From Ginglymostoma cirratum (taxonomy: Eukaryota), in NCBI GenBank assembly GCA_024137785.1, contig JAHRHZ010000031.1, positions 17,069,653-17,133,652 of the forward strand: DNA of 64,000 bases. Direction: 5' to 3'. Shown here piece after piece: positions 1 through 12,300 of this stretch (its first letter is position 1; each line of letters begins with the position of its first letter). The notes under the pieces were generated by a model. It was not told where the DNA came from, did not search any database, and worked only from the letters and a program-made list of their open reading frames with translations. Both the position numbers and the translations under genes were made by a program.

Positions 1-880
1 CTTATGCTGTTTGGCACACAGGTGGTCCTGCATTACACCTTTCCCTAGTGCTGCTGCTAGCATGACCTCGTCATTGAATCAGGGTTAATCCACTGGCTTG
101 ATAGTAATGGTACAGTGCTGGGGCCATGAAGTTACAGATTGTGCTGGAGTACGATTCTGCTGCTGTTGATGACCTGTCTTGAGTTGCTAGATCCGTTCAA
201 AGCCTGTCCCATTTAGCACAGTGATGGTGCCACACAGCACGATGGAGGTTATTCTCCATGTGAAGGTGGGACTTTTGTCCCACAAGGACTGCGCAGTGGC
301 CACTGTTACAAATTCTGTCATGGACAGATGCATCTGCTGCCAGCAGATTAGTGAGGATGAAATCAAGTATGTTTTTCCCTCACCATCTGTCACAGACTCA
401 GTCTAGCAGCTATGCCCTTTAGGACGCGACTAGCTTGATCAGCAATGCTGCAGGTGGGCAACTATTATTGGTGGACATTGAAATCCCCCAGCGGATTACA
501 TTCTGTCCCTTGCTGCCTTCAGTACTTCCTCCAAGTTCTATTCAACACAGAGGAGCACGCAATCATCAGCTAAGGAAAGATGGACCATGGTATTCAGCAG
601 GAGGTTTCCTTACCCGTGTTTGATGCCATGAATCTCAATAGGTCCAGAGTCAATATCTAAGATTACTGAGGCAACTCCCTTCCAACTACATACCGTTGTT
701 CTACCACCATTGCTGGGCCAGGGATGGGGATCTTATTGCGTGGGACAGTGTGTGCAAGGGATGATCCCATGAGTATAACTATAGGCTGCTGCCTGACGAG
801 TCTGTGAGACAGCTCTCCCAGTTTCAGCATTGGCCGCCAGATGTTGGTAATGAGGAACATCGCAAGGTCTTTGTCGATTC
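1..880 (-). mobile_element. Decayed non-LTR retrotransposon (CR1/L2 group, Crack/Daphne-like), APE endonuclease region
   Basis: Minus-strand translation gives NIW..MLKLGELSHRLVRQQP.VIL, GDFNVH (rc of gtggacattgaaatcccc at ~471-488), GKTYL.LILTNL and CGT/VWHHH-like fragments, with stops and frameshifts. Confidence 0.75.
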
Positions 881-923
881 TGTATCTTAAAGAACTGTTT
901 TCTCCAAGTTGTCCAATTCTCGA

Positions 924-1090
924 TTCTATTTGGCTGATCTCTGAAATCAAATATATTTGGCATTATTATTTCTGCTGTCATGTCATCCTAATATTTATTA
1001 TTTATTTTCCTATTGGGCCCATCTCTGAAATGAAATGTATTTGGCCATATTATTTCTGCCATGTCATCCTGATATTATTATTTATTTTCC
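924..1090. repeat. Imperfect tandem duplication, period ~84 bp
   Basis: atctctgaaat(c/g)aaat(a/g)tatttgg...catgtcatcct..tatt..tatttattttcc occurs at 937-1010 and again at 1021-1090. Confidence 0.85.
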
Positions 1091-1616
1091 TTGCTTCAAA
1101 TTTTTTATTTTGCTGTACAATGTTGTAATGTGTACTGCTGAACTGGGAGGTTTTTCTGCATTTGCAGTGAAAATTGAGGTTTCCTGCCTTTCTTGCATCC
1201 TTTTCCAGTGGATCTTCTTAATCATAGTCGCAATATTTTACGCGCATTCTCTTACTGGCATTCCCGAATGAATCCCAGTCTTCATGGATTTCTATGATGA
1301 CACCTGGTCCTTTAACAGATGTTCCCGCTGCCTGAAGCTCTAAATTATAATCCCCATTGCTTTCACAATTCTTTTTGTGGATGGGTTTCATTGTGTGTGA
1401 TTAAAATAAATGTCCTTGTCTTTATTGCAATTTAAGCAATGGATCTCCCAACTTTTCTGCAGCTTCAATAGTTTCCCAATTTTCTTCTTCCATCAGACAA
1501 TTTCTGCTTAGGTTTTTAAAATTGTCCAATTATTGCTTTAATTCTGATGTCATGGACTGGTTTCACATTGCTTTTGTAGCCCTTCATTATCCCTTATGGT
1601 GCTATCTTGCTGTTGC

Positions 1617-1969
1617 ACAGGATCCCTACAGTGTGGAATCCACACTGACCCTCCAGAGAGCATTCCTCCCAGACCCACTCCCCAACATTTCTATCTAGCC
1701 TGCACATCCAAGGACACTATGGGCAATTTAGCATGGCCAATCCACCTAACCTGCACATCCAAGGACACTATGGGCAATTTAGCATGGCCAATCCACCTAA
1801 CCTGCACATCTTTGGACTGTGGGAAGAAACTGGAGCACCCAGAGGAAGCACACACAGACACAGGAAGAATGTACAAACTCTACACAGACAGTCACCCGAG
1901 GCTGGAATTGAACCTGGGGCCCTGGTACTGTGAGGCAACAGTGCTAACCACTGAGCCACCATGCTGCCC
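1617..1969 (-). mobile_element. tRNA-derived HE1-like V-SINE with a perfect internal 51-bp tandem duplication
   Basis: The rc reads gggcagcatggtggctcagtggttagcactgttgcctcacag..ggttcaattcc (A/B boxes), then the core tcccacagtccaaagatgtgcaggttaggtggattggccatgctaaattgccc. 1699-1749 is identical to 1750-1800. Confidence 0.9.
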
Positions 1970-2461
1970 TTAAGGTAAGAGCAGCTTGATCTAGTATGTT
2001 GCTTCCTGTAGCTTTTCCATCTTGTAAACTGGGCCACTTTATAAAAGTCTTCCCCTTACCCACCAGCTACGTTATAGTAGCTAGTGCTCAAGTCACTCTT
2101 CAGCATTAACCCTTTCAGATCCTTTGCATCCTTAAGCAACCAACAGTGGTAGTCAAAGTCACCATTACCCTCAACTGTTTTGGCTCCATATCCTCCCAGG
2201 GATCTGCTGCAGGTACGTGCAGGGTGTTTAAAATGGCTGTTTTGTCAGGGCTACAAACTGTGTGAACTTTGCCTGCAATGATGCCAGGCAGCATGAGCAA
2301 GGCTTGAATTTGTGCCTTTGACACACTTCCCACAGTGGCTGGTTAACAAGAAACTTCATGAACTGGGAGGGCATCCACTTCATCTTTGGAATTGTGAGCA
2401 GGCTGAAGGGTGCTTGCTAATCGCAAAGGACAGCACAACTCCAAATGCTCTATCACCGCCA

Positions 2462-2876
2462 GATGTGGAGATGCCTGTGTTGGACTGGGGTGGACAAAGT
2501 CAAGTATCACACAACACCAAGTTGTAGTCCAACAGGTTTACTTGAAAATGCAAGTTTTCGGAGCTCAGTTCCTTCCTCAGGCATAGTGTGAGATAGAGGG
2601 TATATGACACAAATTTTATAAGCAGAAAGGTAACAACCTAAAACTGGTCGCCTCTTGTTGAATATTTAATTAGTATTCTCATTCCTAACTGATTAAAGAT
2701 CCAACAAGAGGCAGCCAGTTTTAGGGCTGTTACCTTTCTCCTCATAAATTCTGTATTTTATACTTTCTCTCACACACTACGCCTGAAGAAGGACCTGAGC
2801 TCCAAAAACTTATGTTTGCAAATAAACCTGTTGGACTATAACTTGGTGTTGTGTGATTTTTGATCTTGACCACCAG
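2462..2876. mobile_element. Penelope-like element terminus arranged as a long inverted repeat
   Basis: The left arm atcacacaacaccaagttgtagtccaacaggtttacttg... is the reverse complement of the right arm ...caaataaacctgttggactataacttggtgttgtgtgat. The centre is at ~2675-2686. The family call is from recall of shark repeats. Confidence 0.65.
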
Positions 2877-3299
2877 ATGTATCATTGGTACCATATGCCA
2901 AGCCCTCTGGAATAGCTGTGGGGTCATTTGCTCTTTACACGACATTGTTCACCAACCAGGCTTTGGACAGATAAAATAAATAACTTAAATCCTTTTTGAA
3001 TGAGTCTGTGGAAGACATAAGTAGGAAGCTTACATGTAGTGAAAGCTGCTCACATTGCAACCTGGATAACAGGAATATCCTCCTTAATGCATGGTGTGTT
3101 AATGTTATGTGTCTGAAACAGAGGGTATTTACACACTGGGTCACAGAGTATGTTTCCATTTCTAGTCACAGAGTTCCTTTTCAGGAAGAGATAAACAGAA
3201 AGTGCTGGGGAACCTCAACAGGTCTGGAGGAGCCTGTCTCCAAAGAAGACTCCTGTTGGCCTTGATGCACTCCCCATTCCTCTCTAGCCAAACTAACAT

Positions 3300-4300
3300 T
3301 GCCATCTCAATGCTGCAGAAGTTAGTGGCGCTGCCTTAAAACAAGGTGAATGCTGGCCAGAAGCCCTTATCATTTGTGGAACTTGCAGGGTGCTGTGGGC
3401 CAAAGGGAATATCACTGCATCATGGTCATGTAAGCATGGCAATGGACTCTACTGAATACAACAAAAGGTGGAATGGTCGAGGTAATGGAAGGTGGGGAGG
3501 GGGGGATCAGATACAGCAGTTATTTGGAATATGTTCGTCACTCAGCCAGCATGGCACCTTCACCAAGTTTGTGCCCATGCTACACCATGCTTTACCAGGG
3601 CCATGGTTAAAGAGATTACAGAAGCTGTGGTCAAGGGAGGCTCTTCTAGTACAGTCAGCGTGTACTGCTCCATCCTGATGTTGTGCTGCATTTTGCACAA
3701 TTGGAGCAGGCAATGAGACGATGTGATTGATGCTGAGGAGCCAGGGAAATGGGAACAGTGTCTGAGAAGAATAAGGGTGTTGAACTGGAGGAAGCTGTCC
3801 TTGTGGACGACAGCTGCACCGGGCACTACAAGACCGGGAGACCGTGACTGACACCAGCTTCCAGCAGATGCTAGTCATGTGCAAAAGACCATCCTGGACT
3901 GTGAAGGTCAAGATGACAGCATTTGTTCACAATGTGGGAGCAAAATGCAACATGTGTTTGTTTGATTTGTCTTCCCTTTTGCTGGTTGTCAATAAAAGCT
4001 AATCTTTGGCCATGTCCATGTGCTTGCCTGTATGTGGTATTCCCCTACTGGACAATGACAAGGCAGGGTCTTCAGGGTAGGCACCAGGGACAGAGTAGCA
4101 GTGACTTAGATAGGATGTTTAGACAGGACGTAGCTAAGGACAGGTAAAGTGTGTGGCCTTTGGTTACATAGATCCAGGCTGAGAGAATGGAGTTGCATGT
4201 GCAAGGGAGTGTCAGCCATGCTGGCTATGTGCTGTGAGCAGTGTGGCTGGAATCAGACATGAGAATACCGTAAGGGTATGACAAGCGTGTCTGCTAAGAT
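3300..4300 (+). mobile_element. Possible highly decayed PIF/Harbinger-derived sequence
   Basis: CCILHNW at ~3682-3702 resembles the C-terminal xCCxLHN motif of Harbinger/HARBI1 transposases. The rest is degenerate. Confidence 0.35.
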
Positions 4301-4388
4301 ATGGCAAGAATTCCAACTTGTCCTTGCAGCGAGAACCTCTGCAAAAAACTCAATGCAATTCGCACCTAGCTGAAAGAAATAGGATTCA

Positions 4389-5075
4389 GCACAGAGTGCT
4401 TTTACACACTGGGCTACAGAGTGTACTTACACACCCAGGCAAAGTGCATTTACACACTGGGCTACAGAGTGTACTTACACACCCAGGCAAACTGCATTTA
4501 CACAATGGGCTACAGAGTGTACTTACACACCCAGGCAAAGTGCTTTTACACACTGGGCTACAGAGTGTACTTACACACCCAGGCAAAGTGCATTTACACA
4601 CTGGGCTACAGAGTGTACTTACACACCCAGGCAAAGTGCTTTTACACACTGGGCTACAGAGTGTACTTACACACCCAGGCAAAGTGCATTTACACACTGG
4701 GCTACAGAGTGTATTTACACACCCAGTTCACAGTTCATTTACACACTGGATCAAAAAAGTGTATTTGCACACCTACTCCACAGTGCAGGTACGCACTGGG
4801 TCACAGGCAGTTTTTATACACTGGGTCACAGCATGTAATTAGACCCAGTCATGGTGTGCTTACACACCAAGTCAATTTACTTATGTACAGGGTCACAGAA
4901 TGTATCTGCACACCCAGTTACCCGACGCTTACACACCATTCCCAGAGAGTGTCTTTACCACTGGGTCATAGAATGGATCTACAATCATAGCATGTTTACA
5001 CACCCAGTCACAGTGAACATTTGTCCACACAGTCACTCACTGGTTCACTGAGCAGTTACACACTGGGTGGCAGAG
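4389..5075. repeat. 48-bp minisatellite (about 7 near-perfect copies, 4389-4727) decaying into ~24-bp monomers up to ~5075
   Basis: Unit tttacacactgggctacagagtgtacttacacacccaggcaaagtgc(a/t), starting at 4401, 4449 and so on. It produces the 16-aa repeat ORFs in the track. Confidence 0.95.
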
Positions 5076-6749
5076 TATAAGCACTCTGAGCTATGAGTTT
5101 CCACTTTGTAGCACTGGCACTCTGCAAGCCACAAATGGCAAATTACAATGCTTTCATTGTGAATGCTTTGTCCATCATGCTGCAGTCTAAGGGTTAAATA
5201 TGAAATTCACTGTTTCTAAAAGCGTAGAAATAATCCAGGGTGCTTATAAATATGGACTTTTATTTCAGAGTTGGGTAATTATTGGTTTCGACCCAATGGT
5301 AGAAACTCAAAAATTGTCCAACCTTTTCAATGCAAAGAATGACTCATCTGACCAATATCAGAAATTACTGCAACCTCATTGTATCCCTGTGCTGGTGCAA
5401 TCCGTGATAGCTTCATTCTAAGCTGCGTCTGACTGAATCAATTCAGCATCACTTTGTCATTTTAAAGTCTTGTGCAAAGCAAATAGCCTGTCTGGGCAGA
5501 GGCATAGCCCAGTGAGCAGCTGGCAGCCTGCGGATTGGGCGCTTCAGCTTCATTCTCTTCCATAATGAACTTTCCATAGAGAAACCTGCTGTGAGCTGTT
5601 ACTGCGGTGCTGTATTCTGCAGAGGGAAGCAGTTGGTGGGACCATGGGCCGTTATCGCAGACCTGGTGGAAGAGGTACAGTTGGCAATCAAACTTAAGTT
5701 CGGTCCCAAAAATAAAAGCCCTTGTCTCTATCATTCGATTCTAATGGGCATCTTTTATGTGTGTGCAGAGAATTAGAGACAGTTAGTTGTGATGTCAGTT
5801 ATTCGATCAGTCTTCAACTGTGAAACGTAGCTAATGTGAATTACAGTGAAAAATGCTTCACGCTGAGTATTTTGAAGTGCATCTCTGCTCCCGGCAGCCC
5901 TCAAATACAAGTACAAATTAGTGCTGTAAATACATTGCTCTTTGCTTGGCTGAGAGGAAAGCAGAAAGCCTCTCTGGTGCTGCGCAATAGGACTTTATCT
6001 AAATAATGTAGCAGTGGTCGTTGGTAGCTTTTGCTCACTTTTAGTGGCCATCTTGTTGTTTTGTTTGCTGCCTTTTTGAGTGAACTCCTTTTCTTGGTTT
6101 TCGTCTTGATTCAAACAAAAAAGATGCCAGCATGTCAGTTTGGTGAACGAGAGCTCTCCGGATGGCGAATATTTAGCTAGAGACCCGTTGCTGCAGTCAA
6201 CACAAGTCACTTTGCACTTTGAATTAAGGGTGGAGGTTTCAAGCTTTTGTGGATTGAGTCACACACAGTATACAAGGGCAGCAAGTCTAATACGTGCAGA
6301 TTCAAAATGACTCATTATCAAATGTCAGCGGCAACCCTCTGATGGCAGGACGGTTGATGACAAAGTTACATATTTCAGTTTGATAGCTGGCTATTTTGTG
6401 GCTGTATTGTTAAAAGAAAGTTTTTGTAACCAGAGGTTGGACATGTGATAAGTTTAGAAAGTGAAACGTCCGTTTAGAGGCACTTTCCCTGGCTCACGCC
6501 TTGGGAACTCGATTTGGGATTTGTCGCTACAAAAGAATAACTCCCTATCATCGATGCCAATTTAAAGTAAGCAGCCCTGTTACACAGTGAAGCTGCTATT
6601 GAGTAAGTCAAGCCCGGAGGTATTCAATGAATGGGGAGCGTGACGTATTGTGAAGTTAGGGAATGGAAACAGCTAAGCTGGCAATGAGAGTTTGCAGGTT
6701 AGTTAAAGGATTAATACTGTTTGCATTTCAGCAGCTCGCATCATTGAGG

Positions 6750-6980
6750 GTGGAACTGGTTGTGAGAAGTGGAAGTTATTTTTTGTATCAGGAAGTGAAT
6801 AGAATGCACTGCCCAGAAATATGGTGGAGGCATCTTTAGTTGGGTTTTGGATGATTATTAGGATAAAAATGGTGTGCAGGGCTATGGGGAAATGGCAGGA
6901 GATTGACACCAGGTAATAAACCAGTGTAGGCATGATGGGCTAAATGGCCTCCCTCTGCATTAAATCAATTCTGTAATTGT
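6750..6980 (+). mobile_element. CR1 LINE 3' end fragment
   Basis: gaatgcactgcccagaaatatggtggaggca...gggctatggggaaatggcagga...ggcatgatgggctaaatggcctccctctgca is a typical CR1 3' tail. Confidence 0.7.
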
Positions 6981-7229
6981 GTGAAGTGTTATTTCTCAAG
7001 CGCTCTCGACGAGAAGTTAGTAGAATTACAGCACATTTAATCAGTTGTCTGGCTATTATGGATTGTGAGTTTCTGATTGTGCTACTTAATACCTTGTTTA
7101 TAATTTTGCTTTCATAAATCAGTTCTCTTGTAAACATGTGTAAAAAGCTGTTTTGCCTGCACAAATGGCCTAGTGCGATGAATTGGAATTGACAAGTAAC
7201 ATAAAAGAGAGAGAGAAAGAAAATCTTGT

Positions 7230-7560
7230 ATTGATTTGGCACCTCGGGAATGTCAAATAATGCTTTGCAGCTGTTTTTAAAAGCATTGTGATGACTATAA
7301 AAAACATAGCAGCCAATTTGCGCACAGTAACATCCCACAAGCAGCAATGAGATAACGGCCAGAAAATGTGGTCTCGTTATGTGGGTGGAAAAATAAATAT
7401 CTGCCAATATCAGAACATCCGCCTGCTTTCCTTTGAGATCAATCATGTGAATTTTAGCACCAAAGAACTAGGCAGAAAGTCAGTGCAACATCTCATCTGA
7501 AAGATGGCACCTCTGACAATGCATCTGTCCCTCACTGAAATGTCAGCAAAGCTTTTCAAC
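7230..7560 (-). mobile_element. DeuSINE (SacSINE1/AmnSINE1-like), decayed
   Basis: The rc contains gaggtgccatctttcagatgagatgtt and ttgctgcttgtgggatgttactgtgcgcaaattggctgct, matching the Deu-domain and 3' part. Confidence 0.75.
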
Positions 7561-8224
7561 TCATTGGAATGAATGGTCACTGTGGGCTGGATTTGTAAGA
7601 ACCTTTTGGAGCAGGTTCAGTGGTAGCTGGGCTGCCATTCAGCTCATCCCCACTGCCAGGAAAACTCATCCCAATGAAGTCAGTGGTGGGAGGGAGTTGA
7701 CGTAGGAAACTAGCCTGCTAGCTATTTGTTATTCCGAGATTTGGCTCAGAGAACAGTTCAGGGATTCTCCCTAACTCAAATGGGTTTCACTTGCCTCCTG
7801 AAACCAGCAAACCTGAATTAGTAGAGAAGGTCCCTCTTAAAGCAGTTAATGCCCACTTGAGGGGGTGACAGAAAGAAATGGGATGCCCCTGAAATCTACA
7901 CCCTCCCTGCACTTGTTTCCCACCGATTCCACATTTTGTCAGCAGCCCATACCTTTCAAACACCGTCTTACCATCATTTGCCCGTGGCCTGCATCCATTG
8001 TTGATCCGAAGTCTTTTGTAGGTGCAGTATCAGAGGCAGCCACCAATTCAGGTGGCGCTGACGAGCAATGGAGACCTGCCGGCCGCTGATTAGTCAGAGG
8101 GTGGGATTTCTGCCACAGGGTCCTTAATCCTTGGGCAGGCCTGAGACTGTCCAATTTACGGGCCTGGTGAGCACTTAATTTGGTCAGGCTACCTCAACCA
8201 AAGCAACACTAGTCTGCCACCAGT

Positions 8225-8325
8225 TAGTCATAGAGTGATAGAGTTTGGTCCAACTCGTCCATGCCAACCAGATATCCTAAATTAATTTAATCCTATTCAT
8301 CAGCATTTGGCCCATATCCCTCTAA
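8225..8325 (-). mobile_element. CR1/HER1 3' tail fragment
   Basis: agtcatagag..tggtccaactcgtccatgcc..ccagatatcctaaa..cagcatttggcccatatccctctaaa, the same tail as at 51995 and 60336. Confidence 0.8.
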
Positions 8326-8710
8326 AGTTATCCAGCTAAGGAACACTAAATGCAGTTCCCACAGGACAATGCACATCCTAACTGTGCTTTATGAGCAATG
8401 TACAGCGTACTGCAGTTGTGATCAATTATCAGACCTGGGCCTCATTCAGAAAATATGCCAGAGAATGAAAGATGCAAATGCAAACTATGAAGAGATGGTA
8501 TCCTTTGAAGTGAACTGCCCTAGGACCAGCCACAAGAAGCTGAAGCATTGGCAAAAGGCTGGACTGCAGATTGGAATGATTTTCAAGGTCTGCGTGAATT
8601 GGCTTTTGTTCCTTGACTTCATCAGCAGCAAGAAATTGTTTCTCAATTTGCAGGTTGCAGGATCTACAAATCATGTTTCCCTAATTTGTCTTGTTCTTCT
8701 TTCTTGGCAG

Positions 8711-8832
8711 AGCATCAGAGACAGCTAGGAGAGAGAAGATTAATGAAACCCCCGTCTATGTTGCCCCCACCACTGCCATTGACACAGCCTCGGCACCGTC
8801 TCAGAGCGCAGAAAAAACAGCAAATTGCAACG
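8711..8832 (+). CDS. NHS: NHS coding exon (equivalent to human exon 3), 122 nt, phase 1 to phase 0
   Basis: Pyrimidine-rich acceptor ttgtcttgttcttctttcttggcag and donor ACG|gtgagg. It encodes (E)HQRQLGERRLMKPPSMLPPPLPLTQPRHRLRAQKKQQIAT, paralleling human EHRSR...APPLP...RHFLT, and is in frame with the next exons. Confidence 0.85.
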
Positions 8833-11109
8833 GTGAGGCCACCTCTTCCTACGGCATTCTCAATGAATTCAGTCTGAGAAGCATTACATTGTGATCACAC
8901 AGTACGTCATACATTGATACCTGCATTGAATGTTCTGCTTGGTTAGAATTGTCCATGGATTGTAGACTTCCAACTTGGATTGGATTGCTGTGGGAGACTA
9001 ATGGTCATGAATCATGGATGGGGTCATCCTGACTGTAGTCTATTGGTGTGAGGTGCTGCTGTCTGTCTTGCTTGCCCTGCTGCCGAAACAGTAGCGCAAG
9101 CATTTTAAACATACTTTCACATGAAAGCAACATTAATTGGGAAGTACAAAATAACATTCCTTTTATTGATGTTGTTTTCATTTGATTTTGGATACTCAAC
9201 GCTAAAGTGTTGAAAACTTACAACTTTTTTGGAAATATTTACAAATATTTCACAGTCAATTTGAGGATCAAAATATTGTTAAATAGAGCTGTGATTTATA
9301 TCAGAGGTAATCAAATCCTTAAGTTATCTCTTGTTACTGAGAATGAATCCAACAATTCTGACCTATAGACCAGTTCTTAGTGCATACTTGGGGTGTTGGG
9401 GGTAGGGCACTTGCAATTTAGCAGTGGCTTCCAAAGACAAACTTGTAAGAGTTGTCCTTTCTCCTATTGATTCCAAAATCAACATCTGCCTTGGTGAGTT
9501 ACTTCAAATTCTTAGGGTTTATTTTGGAAGTCTACAACAATGTCCTCGCTCCCATATTCCCCTTTTCATTCCTGAACCTGATGGTAGCTCCAAGCACCAT
9601 AGCAACATCGATGGTGGTCCAAGTGTAAAGTGGCCACCTACCAGGCAAGCACTTTGTTTTTTTATATAAACTTTACTCTGTGTTTGCTTCAGCGCCAGTA
9701 ATGGGGAATGTGTATCCTTCCTGCATTGTCTCTTTGGAGTGCGGACTCTGCTGTTGGTCATCAAGACAGTGAATAAAATGGTGTCAGCGTGTTATCCAGC
9801 TTGGCAATCTGATCTTTTCCTGCTTCCATGGTGACAAGCAGCCACTGTGCACTAACAGGTCTGCCTCATTTTGCTATGAGGATGTTAGTGTCAGCGCACC
9901 ACTGATGTAGCACCTCTCTCCAGCATAGCTTCATAGTCACCAAGGGTTGTAATGCTCTATTCATGTAAAGTATTGAACTCCCTGGACCAGAAAGGGAACA
10001 CTGTCCACTCTGGACTCATATAAATTGAAAAATCTGCATGTCTGGATGCCTGTTAGAATTAAATGCCTCTGCAATGCCTCCACTCCCATCTTCAACACTC
10101 ATACATGGGACAAAGTATTAAAAATCTGTTGATGCTTCAACAGTAGTGAGCATCTTCAGGACAGAGACTAAGTGTAAATTAATGCAAATTAAAATCCTTA
10201 AGAAAGTTAGCAAAAAATCGTGAAATATCATGGGAACCCTAACATCTGGTATAATGGAGCCACGGAATTAAACTGTGAATGAAATGTGAAAGTTTGCTGT
10301 TTCTAATCTACTAGTTTAATAATGTTTGACAGGGCTAAAGATAATGTGGTAAGTTAAATCCATTTCCATAACATCATCAAATAATGAATCACACCAATCT
10401 GCTGGGTAGCCATAAAGACACAATGTCTGCAGTACACTGCATGTCACAGAGGTTTCAAATGTTATGATAATCTTTAAGATAGATCTTCTGAGCCTGGATT
10501 GAACAAAGTAATTTCACCCAAAGTAAACCAACCTGAACTTCGAGATAAGAAGAGCCTTCCAGAAGTAATTAAGAAATGTTAATCATAGCATATGAACACA
10601 TTGCTATATTATACCACCTTCATGATAAGAATACAGTGACTGCATTTTAGAACCACAAAGCATGCAATGGAGATAAGAGGTGCCACAACAGATAAGATCA
10701 GTTATTGTTTCATAAATATTAATTGACCAATGCAAGTGTTGACAAAGAAAGCCTTTTAAATATAGAATGTTGGATGACACGTTGGATGCAGTAACACCCA
10801 TTCTTAGGTGATGCATGTGCTGTTTGGGGTTCATAATGTTGCCTTCAGCATCTGACACAAAGCATTCCAGATACCATCAGGGTGAATAGTTAGTGGCACG
10901 TACTGTTTATATCTGCCCAAAGAATGCAGAGTAGGCAGATCATTAATCAGCATGTAACACTGATTTGACACCAGTATTGTCATTTTGGATTTCACTTCTC
11001 CAGCAACTGCCTCTCTTCAGCTTGCACGGTCAACACACTGGAAGAACCTTCCCTGAGCTATCTTCCATAACTTACAGGTTAGTTGCAAGCAGATTTCAGC
11101 ACTCACGTT

Positions 11110-11190
11110 TTAAGGGTATTGGGTAGGCCATTTAGGACTGAGATGAGGAGCGATTTCTTCACCCAGAGAGCAGTGAGATTGTGGAATTCA
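11110..11190 (+). mobile_element. Short CR1 ORF2 3' fragment
   Basis: Encodes GRPFRTEMRSDFFTQRAVRLWNS, the CR1 ORF2 C-terminal motif. Confidence 0.75.
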
Positions 11191-11929
11191 GCAAGTCATA
11201 TTCACCCGTATCGTTCAGGGAGCATTTCCCATTTCTGTGTCTCAGCATGGAACAATGTGTCTTGAGTTCTGTACTTTACCAAGGAGGCCCTCACTGAAAT
11301 CTGCTATCTGCTACTTCAGTAAGGCAGGACCGCTTTGCCAGTGACTGTCATTTGTGGTCATGGAGGCAAATATTCACTCAGTCTGGAATCTTCCACGCTA
11401 CAAGTAAAGATGTTTTTAAACGTCATTATTTGCGGTGCAATGCTGCTTAAGGGAAGTCACTGAGGTTCTCTATTTTAAGAGTTAATTTCATTTTATTCCC
11501 TCTTGCTAGAGATAATCAGATAAGGTGAGGACACAGTTTCAGCACGATTGCAGAATACATGATGCACATGTATCGTTTTGCAGACAGCACATGTCAACTG
11601 TGCAATTAATTGGAACCAAAAAGATATTTCCCTCAATGTCCTGATACCAAGTGACCAGAGGCAATGTATCGTTCAGGACAATGCCTAGGGTTCTGGCAGA
11701 GGTTACAATGTCCTCATTCTGCAACAGCCACAGCAAACCGCAAGGTGACTATTGAGGCTTTCCCCCACCAATGTGGCTCACAAGTGCAGCTCACAATCCT
11801 TGTACATGCATGCAGCAGGCATTAATTGAGGGCAAGATCATTTCCATGCTGAAGGAACTAAATGAAATAAGAGGTGCCTGCAAACAGCTTTTACAGCTTA
11901 TAAACCAGAAAACAGTGTGGGACGAGGAG

Positions 11930-12300
11930 GAAGTGGGAAGTGAGAAAGACAATACCATTAGCTTCGATAGTTTCAGCACCATGGCTGGCTCCAGCTTCAC
12001 CAAAGGTCATTTCAGGAATGGCCAGCACTTTCTCTTCGATGCGGGGTTAGAAACAGCAGGCAGTTTGTTATCTTCATGTTAGAATTGAATCATTTTCTCC
12101 TGAATGACAGGACAAAGAGTATCATTGAGTGTCGTGTACTACATTTGTCTGATGTGGCTGTTGTTGTCGAACAGGTGGTCAGGGTGCTGCCGTCTTTGTG
12201 TAGTACCTTGGATACATTGCTGTGCTCCAAATATTGGCAATTCTCAACATCTAGATCAAGGAGAAGAACCCATCTTTCCTTTCTCCTCCCACATCAAGTG
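11930..12300 (-). mobile_element. Possible Harbinger Myb/SANT-ORF remnant
   Basis: The rc at ~12020-12050 reads LTPHRRES/IEEKVLAI-like, resembling the C-terminal part of Harbinger Myb/SANT proteins. It is heavily decayed. Confidence 0.3.

Noticed and set aside
4389-4727. CRISPR-like array of palindromic repeats
   Set aside because: There are no unique spacers and no cas genes, and the context is a eukaryotic intron. It is a simple tandem repeat.
4318-4990. 174-aa, 189-aa and Cys-rich 103-aa repeat ORFs
   Set aside because: They are by-products of a stop-free 48-bp minisatellite open in several frames on both strands, with no splice or promoter support.
1-8700. NHS exon 2 (WAVE homology domain, ..PWHQQ.N.FLP..)
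   Set aside because: I searched by eye and found no matching peptide, so it presumably lies upstream of the window.
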